A stretch of DNA of 48,915 nucleotides, the filler included, from Dimargaris cristalligena (lineage: Eukaryota): the NCBI GenBank assembly GCA_003614675.1. It is 2 parts of 2 records of this genome, joined end to end, with 100 filler letters (N's around TTAATTAATTAA, not from the genome) between each part and the next. Parts side by side here need not be neighbours in the genome. Positions count along the whole stretch, not along the records: positions 24,545 to 48,915 come from ML002589.1; 1 more part is not named here. One strand, 5' to 3'. Below are positions 34,790-48,459 of the stretch, in pieces. The stretch's first letter is position 1, and each line of letters begins with the position of its first letter. The notes beneath the pieces were generated by a model that did no database searches, was not told the origin of the DNA, and was given only the letters and a program-made list of their open reading frames with translations. Both the position numbers and the translations under genes were made by a program.

Positions 34790-35398
34790 TAGGAAACCTA
34801 ATCGGGTCTTTTGACTTCGCTTATATATTCTACCAATTCGGCACTCCATATTGATGTATGCCCTCCTTTATATTTGAATATTGTGTGGTCGCTGCGATAG
34901 TCTATTGGGATTAAATCAGTAGAACATCCGTAACTCCCATTTAGTTGCCAACTGGCGGCTGTTCATAAGGACTGTTCCTGTTTTTCTCTGCCAAAATATA
35001 ACATCCATCATTGCCAAGCGCCGGTATATTAAAGACCACCTATCATATATAGTAATTATCAAATAAACGGTGTGCCCATTATTTATTCGTTTTCTTTGAA
35101 TCAGATCATGTTTACGTTCTGAATAGAGGTAGTACCCCTCGTCAAGAATTTTATTACATCTTACTATCATTAATACAGCACAACGTCTAAAGTGTCCTAT
35201 ACTGGTGTGTCTTTGGTCATGGTTTAAGAAGGTGCACCTTGCGGGCACTGATTTATGCTTGGGATACAAGGCAATGTCAGTCCTAATTGCTACGCCTGGG
35301 ATATGGCTTCTAGTTCAATTCCCGAGTGTTGTCTATTGGGGAAAGAATGCGCCAGCATAAACACATAAAAATTCAAAATTAATTAATTAATTAAAAGG

Positions 35399-38300
35399 CT
35401 ATATGAATTTTAAATCCTTGATTTGCCTAACGTTGATGTAAACCATCCTTCTGCGATATTTTATACAGGAAAGTACTGGCCAGTGTGCCCCGATTCTTTT
35501 TAGAAACCACAGGATGGAAAACCACGTAACAACCCTAAACCCGGAGTGACAATTAGCTAACACCATTTCCCTAGGTAAACCCCGCCCATTAGAATAGCCC
35601 GCTGGAATATATATATTTTTACTTACTTCTCATTTTTGAATACCCGCCAGTAATGGTCCGTGTAGTCCGACCGGCCCAACAGTTCCACAAACGATTCATC
35701 GTGGGTAATCACAATGAGCTGGAAATTATGCTGCTGCCGGCGCGCCCGAATAATATGCGACAGGCCGTCGGCCAGACTCTCAATGTTGGCCTGGTCCAGA
35801 TTCGTGGTGGGTTCATCGAGGGCTAATATGCCGCAGTTAGTCCCGAAGGATTCGGCGAGGCCGAGGCGGATGATTAGGCAGGCCAATACGCGCTGGCCGG
35901 CACTGCTACGGCCGCGCATGTCCAGTTCGATACCCTGTTTGATCATGACCACCTTAGGTATATTAACATCGAGGTGTCCCATACGGGCAATGTATAGTGG
36001 GTGTTACTACAATGCAATGGCGGAGACCGGGTATCCAAACACAAAAATCAAGTTGATCTCGGTTTCAAGGTAAACCAATGTTGCCACTAGCATTTAGCCT
36101 CCTCCAGTATACCATACCGAAAGGCATACAGTCCAGTTGACACACCAAAGTCCAGAAAACGAGAGGTTATGATACAAAACCAGGCATCTAATGAATCGTC
36201 TCCCATAAGTACATCTCACTTACCCGATAATTATACGACCGATTACCCCGCGCATTTTCGCAATCCGACCGAATCTCAATCGTATCAATATCGTTTCCCT
36301 GGTACGTGTGCATCCACAAATCACGGATGATCTTATTAATTTCCGCCATTTTCAGGGAATGGAATTTCATAATGGCGGTATCGAGGGCCTTGGCGTATTT
36401 GTCCAAATCCTGGTTGGCCAACTCGGTGGTTTTGAATTTGATCAACTGGTCGCGGAATTGGGTGTCCACGTTGGGGAAATCGGTGTCGAGTTCCATCCGG
36501 TACTGGCGGCGCTGGGCCTGGAGTTGTTTCATCTCCCCCTGGATTCCTGCCCCTTTTGCCGTGAGGGCCGCGTGTTCCTCCTGGAGGGCCGCCAGCTCGG
36601 GTTCCCAGTCCGTCGTGGGATTGTCACCCGGGCGGTGGGCGTGGTTTCGGGAGTGTCCACTGATGTGGGCCTGCGCCGTTTCACGATGCTGGGCTAGAGT
36701 GGCTTCCGTTTCCTGGATTTTCGTTTCCAAATGGGTTATCCGATCGAGATACTCGTGGTATTCAATATTATCCCGGAGTTGCTTCGTAAAGGCGTCTAAA
36801 TCCAGGGCCCGGCGGTCCAAGTCGGCCAAGCGGTCCGTATTGGCTGCCATGTCTTCCTCACACTCGGCAATGTGAGTCTCGATTTGCCCAATTTCGGCCA
36901 AGCAGTCCCGAAGGTGGTCCGCTACCCCATCCTGGATGAATCGACTTAATCGATCCCGGATAGACCGGATCGTAAGTAGATGTTCCGACAATTGACGAAG
37001 GTCTTCTTCGGCCGCTTCCTCCGCCGTGCGAGAACTCTCACGATGCTGGTTTAATGTTTCCCGCTCAACCAGTAGTTGCTGGTTACGTTCAGTTTGCTGG
37101 AGTTGTAGATTCTATTTCAGAAAAAGACCAGTGTTGATCGTATATGTAAAGACAGATACCAATCGCCATTTGTAACATAGTCCTTAATATTAAAACTACT
37201 AGAAACCTGTATAGTGATGATGGACTATATTTCAGCATGGTATACTAGTTACTTTAGCGATTAAAATCGCATAGTGCCTACCTTCAGCTCGCCGCATAAT
37301 CCCTCGAGATCCCGCTGAGCCAATGCTGATTCGGCTTCGAGCTTTTGGCGTTCAACCAGCTGAAACTGGAGGGTCTGGAGATTTTGTTCGACTTGTAGTA
37401 TCAGAATCTTTAGACTTTGGTCTTTCTCCTGCTGGCTAACTTGGTCGCGGTTTAATTGTGCTAGTTTATGTTCCAATGATTTTCTGTAATTTAAAAAGGT
37501 TGGTGGATAGACAAAGGTGTAGTGGATAATTGTAGTTATGAAGTAGATGGAAGTCGAGGTTAGTTGAAAGTGTTGTTAAAGTGGATAAATAAATATATAT
37601 ATATATACAGGGTCTTGGATCTGGATAGAGCTTTACAAGGTAAATTATGGGTACTTACTTTTCAGCACTGGCAAGCTCAGCTTGCGACTGACACTCGTCG
37701 AAGGTGAGGGTGCTTCCCGATGATGCCAGCTGGGCCTTCAATTTATCGACCTCAACCTGGGTGTTATTTACGGCCCGTTCCGCCGTTGCCAGCCGGTCAC
37801 CAAGGCTGACGAGTCCTTCCAGTGCCGAAATACGTGTTTTGGCACTTCCGATTTTGTCATCCAACTAAGCAATATGTATCAAGGAGATGACCAAACGATG
37901 GTCAGGGCATAGATATTCAGGGTCATATATATTAAACAAGGGAAAGTGCCAAGCCGATTCGCACGATTAGTGTAAGGTAGGCTAACCATTCAGGAGAATT
38001 CGATCATGTCGACCTTGGCATAAATTGAACTGAACCCAGAGAACTGGACTGTATATTTATAAATCACGAGTAAAAATTGGAATATCAGGTTTCCAAATCT
38101 TACCTCGGTGGTTTGCTGGACAATCTCTTCTAAAGACAGTTTGGCCCGTTCCGCATACGACTGGAGTACCAGTAGTGTCCCCTTATTCTTTGCAAACTCT
38201 TCGGCCGCTGCCTTCCCGGCCTTCATACGTCGAAGGATACCTTGGATTTGGTCCAGTTCCGTTTCTAATTTGACTGTCTGCTGAGGGGAACCAATCAATA

Positions 38301-41300
38301 GACGGTTGAGCTGGTTCGAGTAAAAAAACATCGGTAAACGGGAGAGCACGGTTGGCACAAGAAAATGTACCGATTAGTGAATAAGTAGGGTGGGGTGAAA
38401 GGGTAAAAGGGTGTATGGCGAGTTGGCTAACCATCCAAAGGTTCTTCAGCTAGTAGGGGGCCTGTGGCATACCAAATGATACACATTTATATATATATAT
38501 ATATATATATTGAAATGACAGTTGGTCAATTACATTTAGGTCGAACTCTTCGTCCTCTTCCGGCGTCTTAATTGATTTTCGGCACAAGGGACAGCAAACC
38601 GTTCGGCTCTTTTCGTGGCTGAGTAATTTTAATACGGACTCAGAACCTCCGCTCCGATTCAAGAGAACCGTAATATCATCCACTCGTCGTTGGATGCTGA
38701 AAAGACTGCCGTGCTCCTTGGTCAGTTGGTCCGCCTCTTCCATGGGAACCTTCAGCTCGGCTTGGGTTTTCCGAAGAGTGGTTTCCTGGGAATCCTTTTC
38801 GGCCATTTGTGCCTGTATCATGGCTGTACTTTGGTCATTGGTCCGAATGTCGGATTCCATCTGGCGAATAGATACGTGAGCTTGGCTGCATTAATGGTGG
38901 GCCATAATAGGATGATAGCATCAGTGTAAGGATAGGGGATGAATAAGAGTGATAGTTTAGCAATCAGTTCTGCTAATTGCAGAAAAATGTAATAAAGGTG
39001 AGATTCTTCTCTTAACTAATAGAATATAGCTTAATGTAAAAGGGACACCTAATGTGGGGTAGATATCGTGGTACATTGCTCAACTTACCCAATCAACGAC
39101 GAGGCAGCCTTCGGATCTGAGGATGGTAGGTCAGGGATATCCCGGCCGGCCTTGGCCAACTGTTCTAATAGAGCAGTACTATCCAACTGCTGGGATTCCA
39201 ACTGAGTCATCAACAGGGCCAGTTTAGCACGCCTGTCGGCCATCCCACTCAGCGACCGCATCTCCCGGTTAAGATGGTCGAGGCGAGTCTCACAGGCTTG
39301 CAATGCGGCATGGGTCTCGCTGATGTTCGTAGCTAGGCTTCCCGCCGCCACTTCGGCCCGGAAAGCGGCCAAGTCGGCTTGGTGGGTTTGCAGAGTTTCC
39401 CTTAACGCCTGCACTTTGGAGCCATCTACCACGAGATTAAGAATGGTCTGAGTGTTTCGTTTAACCTGGGAGGCAAGAGTCGCCTGTTGATCGAAAGCGG
39501 TAGTCAGGAAACGTAATTAATATCATTTTTAGAGTAAATAAAAAAAAGGAACATGGTTTAGTGAAGGATGGGGGTAGTGATTGTAAAAATAGAAGGCGGA
39601 AAAGAGTACGAAAAGAGAGGCAATGTAATGGCAAGTGGCGGAGTTTTTAATTATGACTGCAATAATTTAAATCACCGGGCTTACCTTCTGTTTCTCAATA
39701 AATGCCATTTTCTGGACAGTTTCGTTTAGCATGGATTCATGGTGGGCCAATTGAGCTTGAATTTCGACCTCGAGCTCCCGGTTCTTTTTCTAAGGGGTTC
39801 GGGGAATAACCATACAAAAAAAACCGTAAATATATAACGGTCGAGTGCATGCGATTGTAACGGTTCGTTGAGTGACCAATACCTGATTAGATTATTGCAG
39901 CCTAGTTTGTTGGCCGAATTATCGACCTCGTCGGGTTTCCGCGGTATATTTACCTTAAGCTGGGCTCTTTTCAGGGATTTGACCTGTCTTAATTGGGTCA
40001 GTTGATCCGATGGTCCGACTAGGGCCTCGGCGGATGCTTCGGCAGGATCGATAAAAGAAAGCTCCAATTCGTAGATGTCGCGCAGGCGATGGAGCAGTTC
40101 CGCCAATTGACCGATTTGCCGAGTGTGTTCCTGGTGGGTGTAATAGAGGTCCGAAGATTGGTAGATGATTCGTAGGTTATTTAATAGAACGAGTTTGCCT
40201 GACCAAATGATAATTACATTTCGATATATACATATAATCACCTGAGACATAAATTCATATAATCGGTGTAACAATTGGATTAAGGCCTAGTAGGTGCTAT
40301 TATTTTACCTGAATTTCAGCCTCGACCCGACCCTTTTTCGAAAAAAGCTGGGTCAGGGACGTTCGGTACTCGGCTATCTTGGCCTCATTATCAGCCACCT
40401 TGCGGTCAAGCAGTTTGGTTTCGCGTTGAATTTCACGGTGGACATCCTCCTGGCTCTCGCTAAGTCGCTTGATTTCCTCAATCGGCTCTGCCAGATTGGA
40501 CAAGAGACATGTAATATATATATTGAAAAAAAAAGGGGGGTTAGTAAGGAACCAGCGAGAAGGGGTTATTAGTCCACTGACAAACCCTGTGGCCCTCGGC
40601 CTTAAAGGCTATGGATACCTACCGCCCATTATGGTCATATTTTGTTTAAGGTGTCGTAGGTTGCCCGTGTAAATCAAGACCTCGTTCTGCAGCTGGGCTA
40701 AGATCCCCTTGTGAAAGGTTACTTGCTCCTGGATCTGTTTCAAGGCGGTGATGCGTTCCAGGATTTCCCGGAGGGCCTTGTCCTGTGCCCGGGTCTGTTC
40801 TTCAAAGAGCGCCAGCTTTTCCTCGGTGTGCATGAGATTGAGGCGGACCCGCTCGGCTTTGGAGCGGTTTTCCTGGATGTGGGAAAGGTGTTGCTGATCG
40901 AGCTTAATTTCCACCGTCTGGTCTTTCCGGATGGCCTTGATGGAATCGAGAGCTTTGGTGTAGCTAAACAGTGGGGGGGTAGTTAAAGGGGTTTTAGGCG
41001 AAGGATGGGGAGGGGAGAAGGAGTCAGGACTGGGGGATGATACCATGGGAGTATGCCCCACAGGCGGATTACAATTACAGAATGACTTGCTGTCGATGGA
41101 GGGATTCACGAATAGCTCCTTCAGTGAATAGGTGGGTAGAAGGGGGTTGACTTACCGACTGGACGCAAAAATTTCATCGAATTTCTTTTTGACAACGGCG
41201 GGTTCGGCCAGGGGCCAGTTGGATTCCTCCTGGTGACAAAAGATGACGTTCTGCAGAATCGCCTTGGACACGCCGAGCTGAATCGGGATTTCCAGGTCCA

Positions 41301-41712
41301 AATCGGCGCAGCGGGTGCTAAGACTTACGTTCTTGGTGGGGTCATTAGGGTTAATTTTGACCAATAAATTCTCCAAAGTTTTCTGGCTCATGGATTTCGT
41401 TTTGGTGATGGTCAGCTGCATGGACCGCGTACAAATCAGGGGCTGGCGGTTGACGTTATTGAACTTGAGTTTGATTTGGGCCTTCGTGTCGGGGGCCCGG
41501 AAGAGCTTGGGGTCGTGGATAAAAGCACCGCCTTTACTGTTAGGGGGCAGTTCGCCGGTGGTGGCGTATTTGAGACACTCGATGATGGTGGTCTTGCCGG
41601 AGCCGTTGTGGCCGACGATAATGGTGAGCGGGGTAAAAAAATCAATGACGCTGGGGGTGTCCGGGTCGAAGGAGCGGATCCCGCGGATCATAAGCTTCTC
41701 GATGGAGCTCAT
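35399..41712 (-). CDS. RAD50: DNA repair protein RAD50 (MRX/MRN SMC-like ATPase), about 13 exons
   Basis: Walker A ([16 protein letters not shown]), Q-loop ([11 protein letters not shown]), zinc hook (CPLC, ~38590), signature ([13 protein letters not shown]), Walker B/D-loop ([11 protein letters not shown]) and H-loop (LIVITHD). Coiled-coil exons have GT-AG sites and sum to roughly 1300 aa. The last exon (~35399-35450) is tentative. Confidence 0.96.
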
Positions 41713-42796
41713 AGCGGCGGGGAAGGGAAGGGAAGGGAAGGGAATGCGAGGAGAGAAGGCGGGGTTATTCGAAGCGGTTCAGGGAATGCGCCTGGGGTGG
41801 GTTGGGAATGAGGCCGTAGTAGGTCGTCGAATGCAACGGGGGGTTTTGATATTTGGTATTTTCGGAATAAAGGGAAGCTTCGCTGGAGTGGGAATGTAAT
41901 AGAACGGCGTCAGGCGAATGGGAGAAGTAAGTTGGTTGAATTCGTAGACAGTTTAACAAGGCCTGAAGCAGTCTAAACCGTAAAACCCAAGTGACTACTC
42001 TTGGTAATGGAACTAACTCCCAATAAGACCCGTATATATGCATCAGCAATTGCTGCGGAGCTGACTATTGGTTTACTGTGAAAGCCTAACATCAATGAGC
42101 CGCCAACTCTGGAGCTATGACTTGGATTCCCAACGAATTGCTTCTACCAGCGGGTTAAAATGGATTGGCTATTTATACAAGGAGTAGACAGGGGGGGTTT
42201 ATTCTATTGAATTGACCAGCCGGGCCCGGTTAAAGAGAATAGATTACTATCAATAATAATCAATATGAAAATGCGGGTAAATACAGAATGAATGGGTACG
42301 CCTCTCTTTCAATGATGGCACTTTGGCTGCTAAGGGGGGGGGGGCTGAATTAGGCGAAGCTAATATCCTCTCGCCCCACCTTTTACTTCCGCTTGCTGCG
42401 CACTCTAGTGATCAAAGTGGGACAATTGCCATCTTCAAAGGGAGGGGGATCCAGGAGTCACGGCGACAGGCAAGTAGGATTCGGCAACTCAGGTGTATCG
42501 GTCAAATAAGACTGACCGGGTCAAAAGGAGGTGAGGAAAAGCCAGAGTCGGCACCCCAAGCTCGCCGTACGGGGAACCCCAGGGAGCGAAGCAGGCGTAC
42601 ACTATATATATTATGTGAATAGATAGATAGATATAGATATGGGTAGGGGGGAAATAAATGGGGATAATCAACAATAGGAAAAGTACAGCCGGGAAGGCGG
42701 TCCAGCCAGGATGAAATGTGGCTGATTCGACCTGGAGTCCGGAAAGGGCAATGATACATAAAAAACCGACTAGGCGGGAGGGGTCGATGGGCTTTT

Positions 42797-43197
42797 TCAC
42801 TTGGCATCCAGGGCTGCGGCGGTATTGTTAGTAGGAGTGGAGACGACGACGGCCTTGGGCTTTTGGGCGGCCTGCACCAGCATATTGGTTAGCGACTTGG
42901 GCTGGAGGATACCTGGCTTGGCGTAGTGGCGGGCCTCCAGCTTCTTGGTGCAGGGGGAGACCATTTTATCAGTCGGACTGCTAAGACTGGGGAAGATGAG
43001 TGGAATCCATGTCGTAAGTGGTGTGTGTGTTTTGATTAGCACGGTGGATATCGGAACCTGGACTGAAAGTGCACCTAACAGCCAGAGAGCAGTGTTGATG
43101 ATGTATTTGTGAATGGAAATATGACTAGTATCATTCATTCCAGCAAAGTAGAGAGAGAAAGATGCAGCAGCAAGAGCCGAGATGTGATTATAATTAT

Positions 43198-43238
<41 letters not shown>

Positions 43239-43340
43239 CACTTACTTGGACCGGTTCTTCAGAAAGGCGTAGTTGTGGTTCTTGGCGGCCAGAGCCTTGC
43301 GGGGAGTGGGATTCATGGTGGAGACAGGCGCGGACGACAT
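42797..43340 (-). CDS. SPO12: Spo12-family mitotic exit (FEAR) regulator, 2 exons, 94 aa
   Basis: Exon 1 spans 43340-43246 (MSSAPVSTMNPTPRKALAAKN...) with a GTAAGT donor; exon 2 spans 42986-42797 in matching phase. Spo12 motif: SPTDKMVSPCTKKL...PKSL. Confidence 0.82.
43201..43232. repeat. (TA)n microsatellite in the SPO12 intron
   Basis: About 16 consecutive TA units are directly visible. Confidence 0.9.
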
Positions 43341-43497
43341 GGTGGCCAAGGAGAAGGGTGCTATAGTTGGAGGGTAAAGTAGAGTGTGGTTGGTAAGGAA
43401 GCAGGACACTAGGGAGTATAGAGGAATCGTAACAGGGGAGAGTAAATAGATGCCGAAAGAGGAACCGGCTGGGCAGGGTGGCCGGGAGGTCCCGGTC

Positions 43498-43584
43498 TTA
43501 TATAGGGGAGTGGCCGACCAGTGTGAGTGAGTGGATTGGCGTGATGGGCTGATAAACATGAGCCGTGGATATCTTTTTGTTTAC
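43498..43584 (-). promoter_or_regulatory. Candidate SPO12 promoter: TATA, CCAAT and forkhead site
   Basis: On the minus strand: GTAAACAAA (43584-43576), CCAAT (43539-43535) and CTATATAA (43505-43498), in promoter order ~160-245 bp upstream of the ATG. Confidence 0.45.
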
Positions 43585-45135
43585 AAGTTGCTCTTGGAGT
43601 AGGAAGGCATTAAGACCAGGGTATTATCGCCTACTATAATAGGACCAGGCTCTATGGGGGCCGTTACACCAGCCGGCCAGGCAGCAGTGCAGTGCAGTGT
43701 ATTGTATTGTATTGTGGCAGTGCCTCGGCAGGGGAGTTTTAGCTAAAGAGAGAGAGAGGGAGACGCGCGCAATCAGCTCCCCAGCGGTGAGAGCTATAAT
43801 CAGTCCACCGGTTTCTCCCTGAGCCTGCGCCATTAATCCTCTTCCCCTGGCTCCATGGCCCAGTTAATGTGTATCTTTGCTGTCGTATATAATTCCACTC
43901 GGTCTCTTCGGGCTATTGTATACGTATATATCCCTTCGTCTGGCGCTGCTCCCCTTGCGCCATTCATTGCGCCGACGTGTGCTGCTCTCCTCTTCCGTAG
44001 CCGCCCTGAACGAAACCACCCAGTCAGCGCTCTAGGCATCGCAATAAGCGGGGTTTAAACTAATTGGATAAGCCCAGGCCACACCCCTCCATTACCTTGT
44101 GTTACAACTAATATAGCTAATCACCCCTGCCCAAGCCCTGTTTAGGTGGGAGGCTCGTGTTGTACAGAGAGCCCCCCCTCCACCTGCTTAACCATAATAG
44201 GCCCGCTCTCCATGAAAATATATAATGATGATAGCGATATGCCTTGCCCACCAGTACCAGTAGTAATAGTTAATCACACCAGGTCTTGCCCAAAAAGTGG
44301 GGCGGAATTCCACCCCATCAATTCATCCAGGCCATTCCAGTCGAAGTCGGCAGCCTAGATATGTCCCATTCGGGCGTCTACCGTAGCCGACCGAGCCCCA
44401 CACACGTGCTAGGCTAATGTCGGCCCATGGTTGGTATACAAATGGCGACACTGGAATGCGACTCGGTGAAACCAATCCCCTGAAATCCACCTAGACCAGG
44501 CCAAATCAATGGCCAACGTACGTAACCAAAAAAATACATACATTATAATGACACCGTCCGATAGCGACCAACAACCCACTGATTAGATGGGAGGGGAAGA
44601 GTATCCGCACAGGATTTCCTTCCCATTGCACAAGAATAAGCGCATCACCTATTCATTATCCGCGGCTATAAGGCAATTCCAAATAGCCCCGACTAACTAA
44701 AATGTAAACAAACCCCTTCCATTCGGGGTAATCCCAGTAGATAATGCAAGGTTCCATAAAGCATTCAAACATACTCGACTTCACTACATATTCACTAAGT
44801 GTAGTCATCGTGTTCCCCTTTAACCTCTTTAGTAGCTGCGCAGCACTACCATAACCATCTATAGCACCCCCCCCTCTCTCTCCTTTATAACACTTTCAAC
44901 TATATTTTTATTGAATCGAATAATAAGCAGTCCCCGCAAGTAGAGCCAATCAGGCCACTGGACAGTTCCCATGTGCATTATACTGCGAAGCAGCAATAAA
45001 AATCGGAGCTTCACAAGGGTAGGTGGTCCCTTTAAGATGAGTCTCGTCTAGTTGGTAGTTCATAATGGGTGTAGCTCAGTTCCGACCAGTAAGTCGGCCA
45101 TAAAACCACCACCCCCCTCTCTAGGTCGATTCTAT

Positions 45136-47507
45136 TTACATGAGGTGTTTACGGATCATTTGGCTAACTTGGTCAAACACTACGAGCAAGATACCACCAC
45201 CCGGTCCCAGACGCAGTACCTTGGGGGTAAAGCCCTTGTAGAGGGCAGCGAAGCTATTCACGCGGATAAAATGATACATTATTATTATTATTATTATTAT
45301 TCAAACAAATACAGAATAGATTGGTTAGTGACCTGCGTTGCAGCTCATAAGATTTTAGTACATCCCTGGAGAATATCAGTTATGGATAGATTAAAAAGCC
45401 CACCCGGAGAGGGTGATGATCGCTTTTAGAGAACATCCCCCTCCATCGTCTATGGAAATACAAAGGTTACATTCATCTACGCTGGCATGAACAACGACCC
45501 TGATCTTCACCCTTTTGGATTTGCCACGGTAATCCAGATATCTCAAAACAATCTCAGCTGGAGGCTAGGGTTGCTCCACCACATATAATATATAAATATC
45601 ACACTTACCCTTCTTCCCGGTAAATAGTCGCAATCGATGGAATGGCCCAGTTGTACTTCTTCGCCACACCAGCACTCTGGTTCTGAATGCGAGTCTTGAC
45701 TACATCCATCGGGGTGTTGAGCATAGTACCGAAAGTACCACCAATGGTACCCGCGATGAAATTGGTTCCCAGCTCCCCTTGCTTAGTCTATTCAGTGACA
45801 ATCATAAGGTGATAATAGCCATTCACACTGAGATTAAAATCATAGAACACCCCCTCTCGGTATAAGTCTAGACGGACGTAAGTATAATATGACTGAGAAT
45901 CTGGAGGGACCGAGGTGGTATATCTGGCCATTGATTGAAAATAGCCTACGGCTACTTACCTCTGCCTTGGGCAGCATCCCGCGCACATAATGGATACAGC
46001 CGAAATAGCCGCCGTTCCACAGCGCATGGCGCCAGATGGTCGATTCCAGCCCGTTGAAGAAGGCCATTGGTCCTGAGTTTAGACAAGGTTCACGAGCATA
46101 CATGAGTATAATGAATGTTAGAGTGGTGGTTAGTCACAGAATCCAGCCGGTCACGGGAAAGGGTGGGGGGTGAGTAGGACTGGCTCCACCCCACATGCCA
46201 AATTCTGGTGATAGGGTTGTATACTCACCTTCATGCTGGTAGATCTTTTTGATGCAGTCCATGGTACCATTGTATTTGCCGGCCTACAGAATCGGCATAT
46301 TAATGGTAATAATACATATATATATATATATAAATATTTGAAGGAACCGATGTATATTAGAACATATCAGTGTGGGTTGGCTCGGGCAAGCCTGTTACAA
46401 TCTTTCAGGGGTACCATTCTATAATGACCCAATCTCCATTGGTTCCATGCCTACTGACTATATATGTGATCACCATACTGCAGTTATTACTACCACTATT
46501 GCTTATAAACAAATAAAATAAACTTACACTATTTTTATCTTGGAGACGAATCTTGACCAGTTCGAACGACACGACGAGGAAGGCCTCGGTCACACCCGCA
46601 CTCACACCGGTCAGCACCGACAGAGGCTGAGTCACCTTGTCCATTCCGAACAGGTCCATATAGAGGGCCTTATATTGTTCATTGGCGGCGAATTTAGTCG
46701 CACGCTTAGGGGCCTCCACCATAATGGGGGGAATGATGCCACGGTAGAGACGGCCGAACCTGTGGGACCACACCGGGGTAAACATACGAAATCAAGGTAA
46801 GGAAGTATACCCAAAATGAACCATCCATATTCTCCACTCCGCGGTAAATCAGAATCCGTCTAATGAAGCTACACAGGGCCATTGGGGGTAGTTAATGTAG
46901 TAATATTTTGGCCAAGGTATCTCAGCCAGTTCAGCTAATACGCAGACTCCAAAAAAAAATAAAAAGAGTGGTAGTGGATGAAGAAACTTGCGAACTTACC
47001 CTTCGTTCTTGATGATTTTACGGAAGCAGTCGGAGATGGACGAGTAGCCATCGGCCCCGCCCTTGCCGACTTGCAGCTGGAAGCGGGTTTTCACCACATC
47101 CAATGGGTACATGGTGCAAATTTCGGACACCCCAGCAATTGCCCCTGCAACGAACTGGTAGTGGAAGGGGAGGGCTATCCGATGGGATCAGGGATATCAT
47201 ACACCAAGTAGTAGATAAAAGGGGAGATACACTAGCATAGAGTGGTTAATCCCCAATGGTCAGGAATGAGGGATAATAATCATTCCTGGGTATGAGTACC
47301 CGGGGACCCCGCCGGCTCTTCTTACTCCGTGGACATGGAAAAACCTGGGCAGGTAAGTTCGCCATTTCAACCCCTGGGCAACAAACTGTTTATATTTACT
47401 CAAGCCTTCGAAGTCCCGAACAAGGAAGCACAGTGACTGGGCTCCAGGGCCAAGTCAAATTAGAGTGGGGTGCACTTACGAGCGGGCTGCTTTGCTTTAT
47501 CGGCCAT
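45136..47507 (-). CDS. ODC1: Mitochondrial 2-oxodicarboxylate carrier (ODC1/ODC2, SLC25A21-like), 7 exons
   Basis: Three carrier repeats: LPFHYQFVAGAIAGVSEICTMYPLDVVKTRFQ, LYRGIIPPIMVEAPKRATKFAANE, FELVKIRLQD, TIWRHALWNGGYFG, NTPMDVVKTRIQ, LYKGFTPKVLRLGPGGGILLVVFD. Splice sites are GT-AG. Confidence 0.92.
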
Positions 47508-48459
47508 GGCGTATGCGAGTGGGAGATGAGAAACAAAAAGAGGGGGGAATGGGGTGACGAAGAAGAGGAAGAAGGAAAAGGGTAAGGCAAATTCCGACAA
47601 TGGATAAGAAAGCGAGGTATATACTAGAGAAAAGAGTCCGAAGTAATAAAGAGAGGGCCCCTACGTTCTAAGCTGCCCCTCAGGCCATATTGACCCGCCC
47701 GACGGTTGGGTTGGGGCGAAGAACAGCCACGCTATTCCCACCGCCACCAGTCTCTCTAGGGTACCCCCGGGTCACTCTACTACTCAACTGGGGCAGTCCC
47801 TTTTCCCCCGCAGCCCGCCCAGTTGCTTCGGACTCTAATTCTTCTGGAGACGATAGTCCAGTTTACCAACTCCCTCTCCTCCTCGCTCATCCAACCTACA
47901 GGTGCTACTACTACCCCGGCTTCTCGTTCCGGCCAAGCAGTAGTGCTCGCCACGCGAGTACAACGGGCCAGCCCCATCCAGTGCCTTACCCATTCACCCC
48001 CTCCCACTTCTCCGAGGTTACATGCGAGTTTAACATGGATGTTTTTACTAACACTGCGACTACTGCTATAGGAGTCATGTCTAGGGGAATCGTTCAAAAA
48101 GGAGTGCCACTTAGACTGCCCCTTTTATTAGGTACTTTAAAAAATAGAGGCACGCCCTTATCGATTCAATCGGTCGGGGCGAGTCCAATGCAAGCACCCC
48201 GCTAATAAGACGCATATATATTAAGGGGGTTCTAATACATGTAAATGATGGTGACTCACATTAGTGACAAGATATCCTAATTGAATATATATATATATGT
48301 CAGCAATCCGCACCTGTTCTACCAATGGCCACGACCAATAAGAAGGGACCTTCTGAAATCTTTGCAAATATGATTGGTGATGTCACCTTAGAGCTGATGA
48401 TGCGCAGGGCCTGGGATTGACTATCGAATAGCACAACGGACACCCTTCCTCCATCGAAC

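Noticed and set aside
35379..35394. Natural (TTAA)n run resembling the linker
   Set aside because: There are no flanking Ns; it is a simple AT-rich microsatellite in the RAD50 3' region.
41315..41899. 194-aa plus-strand ORF, and similar ORFs at 36306-36875 and 35714-36073
   Set aside because: These are antisense shadows of RAD50 exons caused by codon bias.
15875..43340. Apparent functional clustering of cell-cycle and DNA-repair genes (DMA1, UBZ protein, RAD50, SPO12)
   Set aside because: The genes are separated by unrelated sequence and an artificial gap, and there is no evidence of co-regulation; coincidence is likely.
47690..48205. 171-aa plus-strand ORF between ODC and the aldo-keto reductase
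   Set aside because: It has a non-ATG start and no recognisable domain, and lies in the ODC promoter region.
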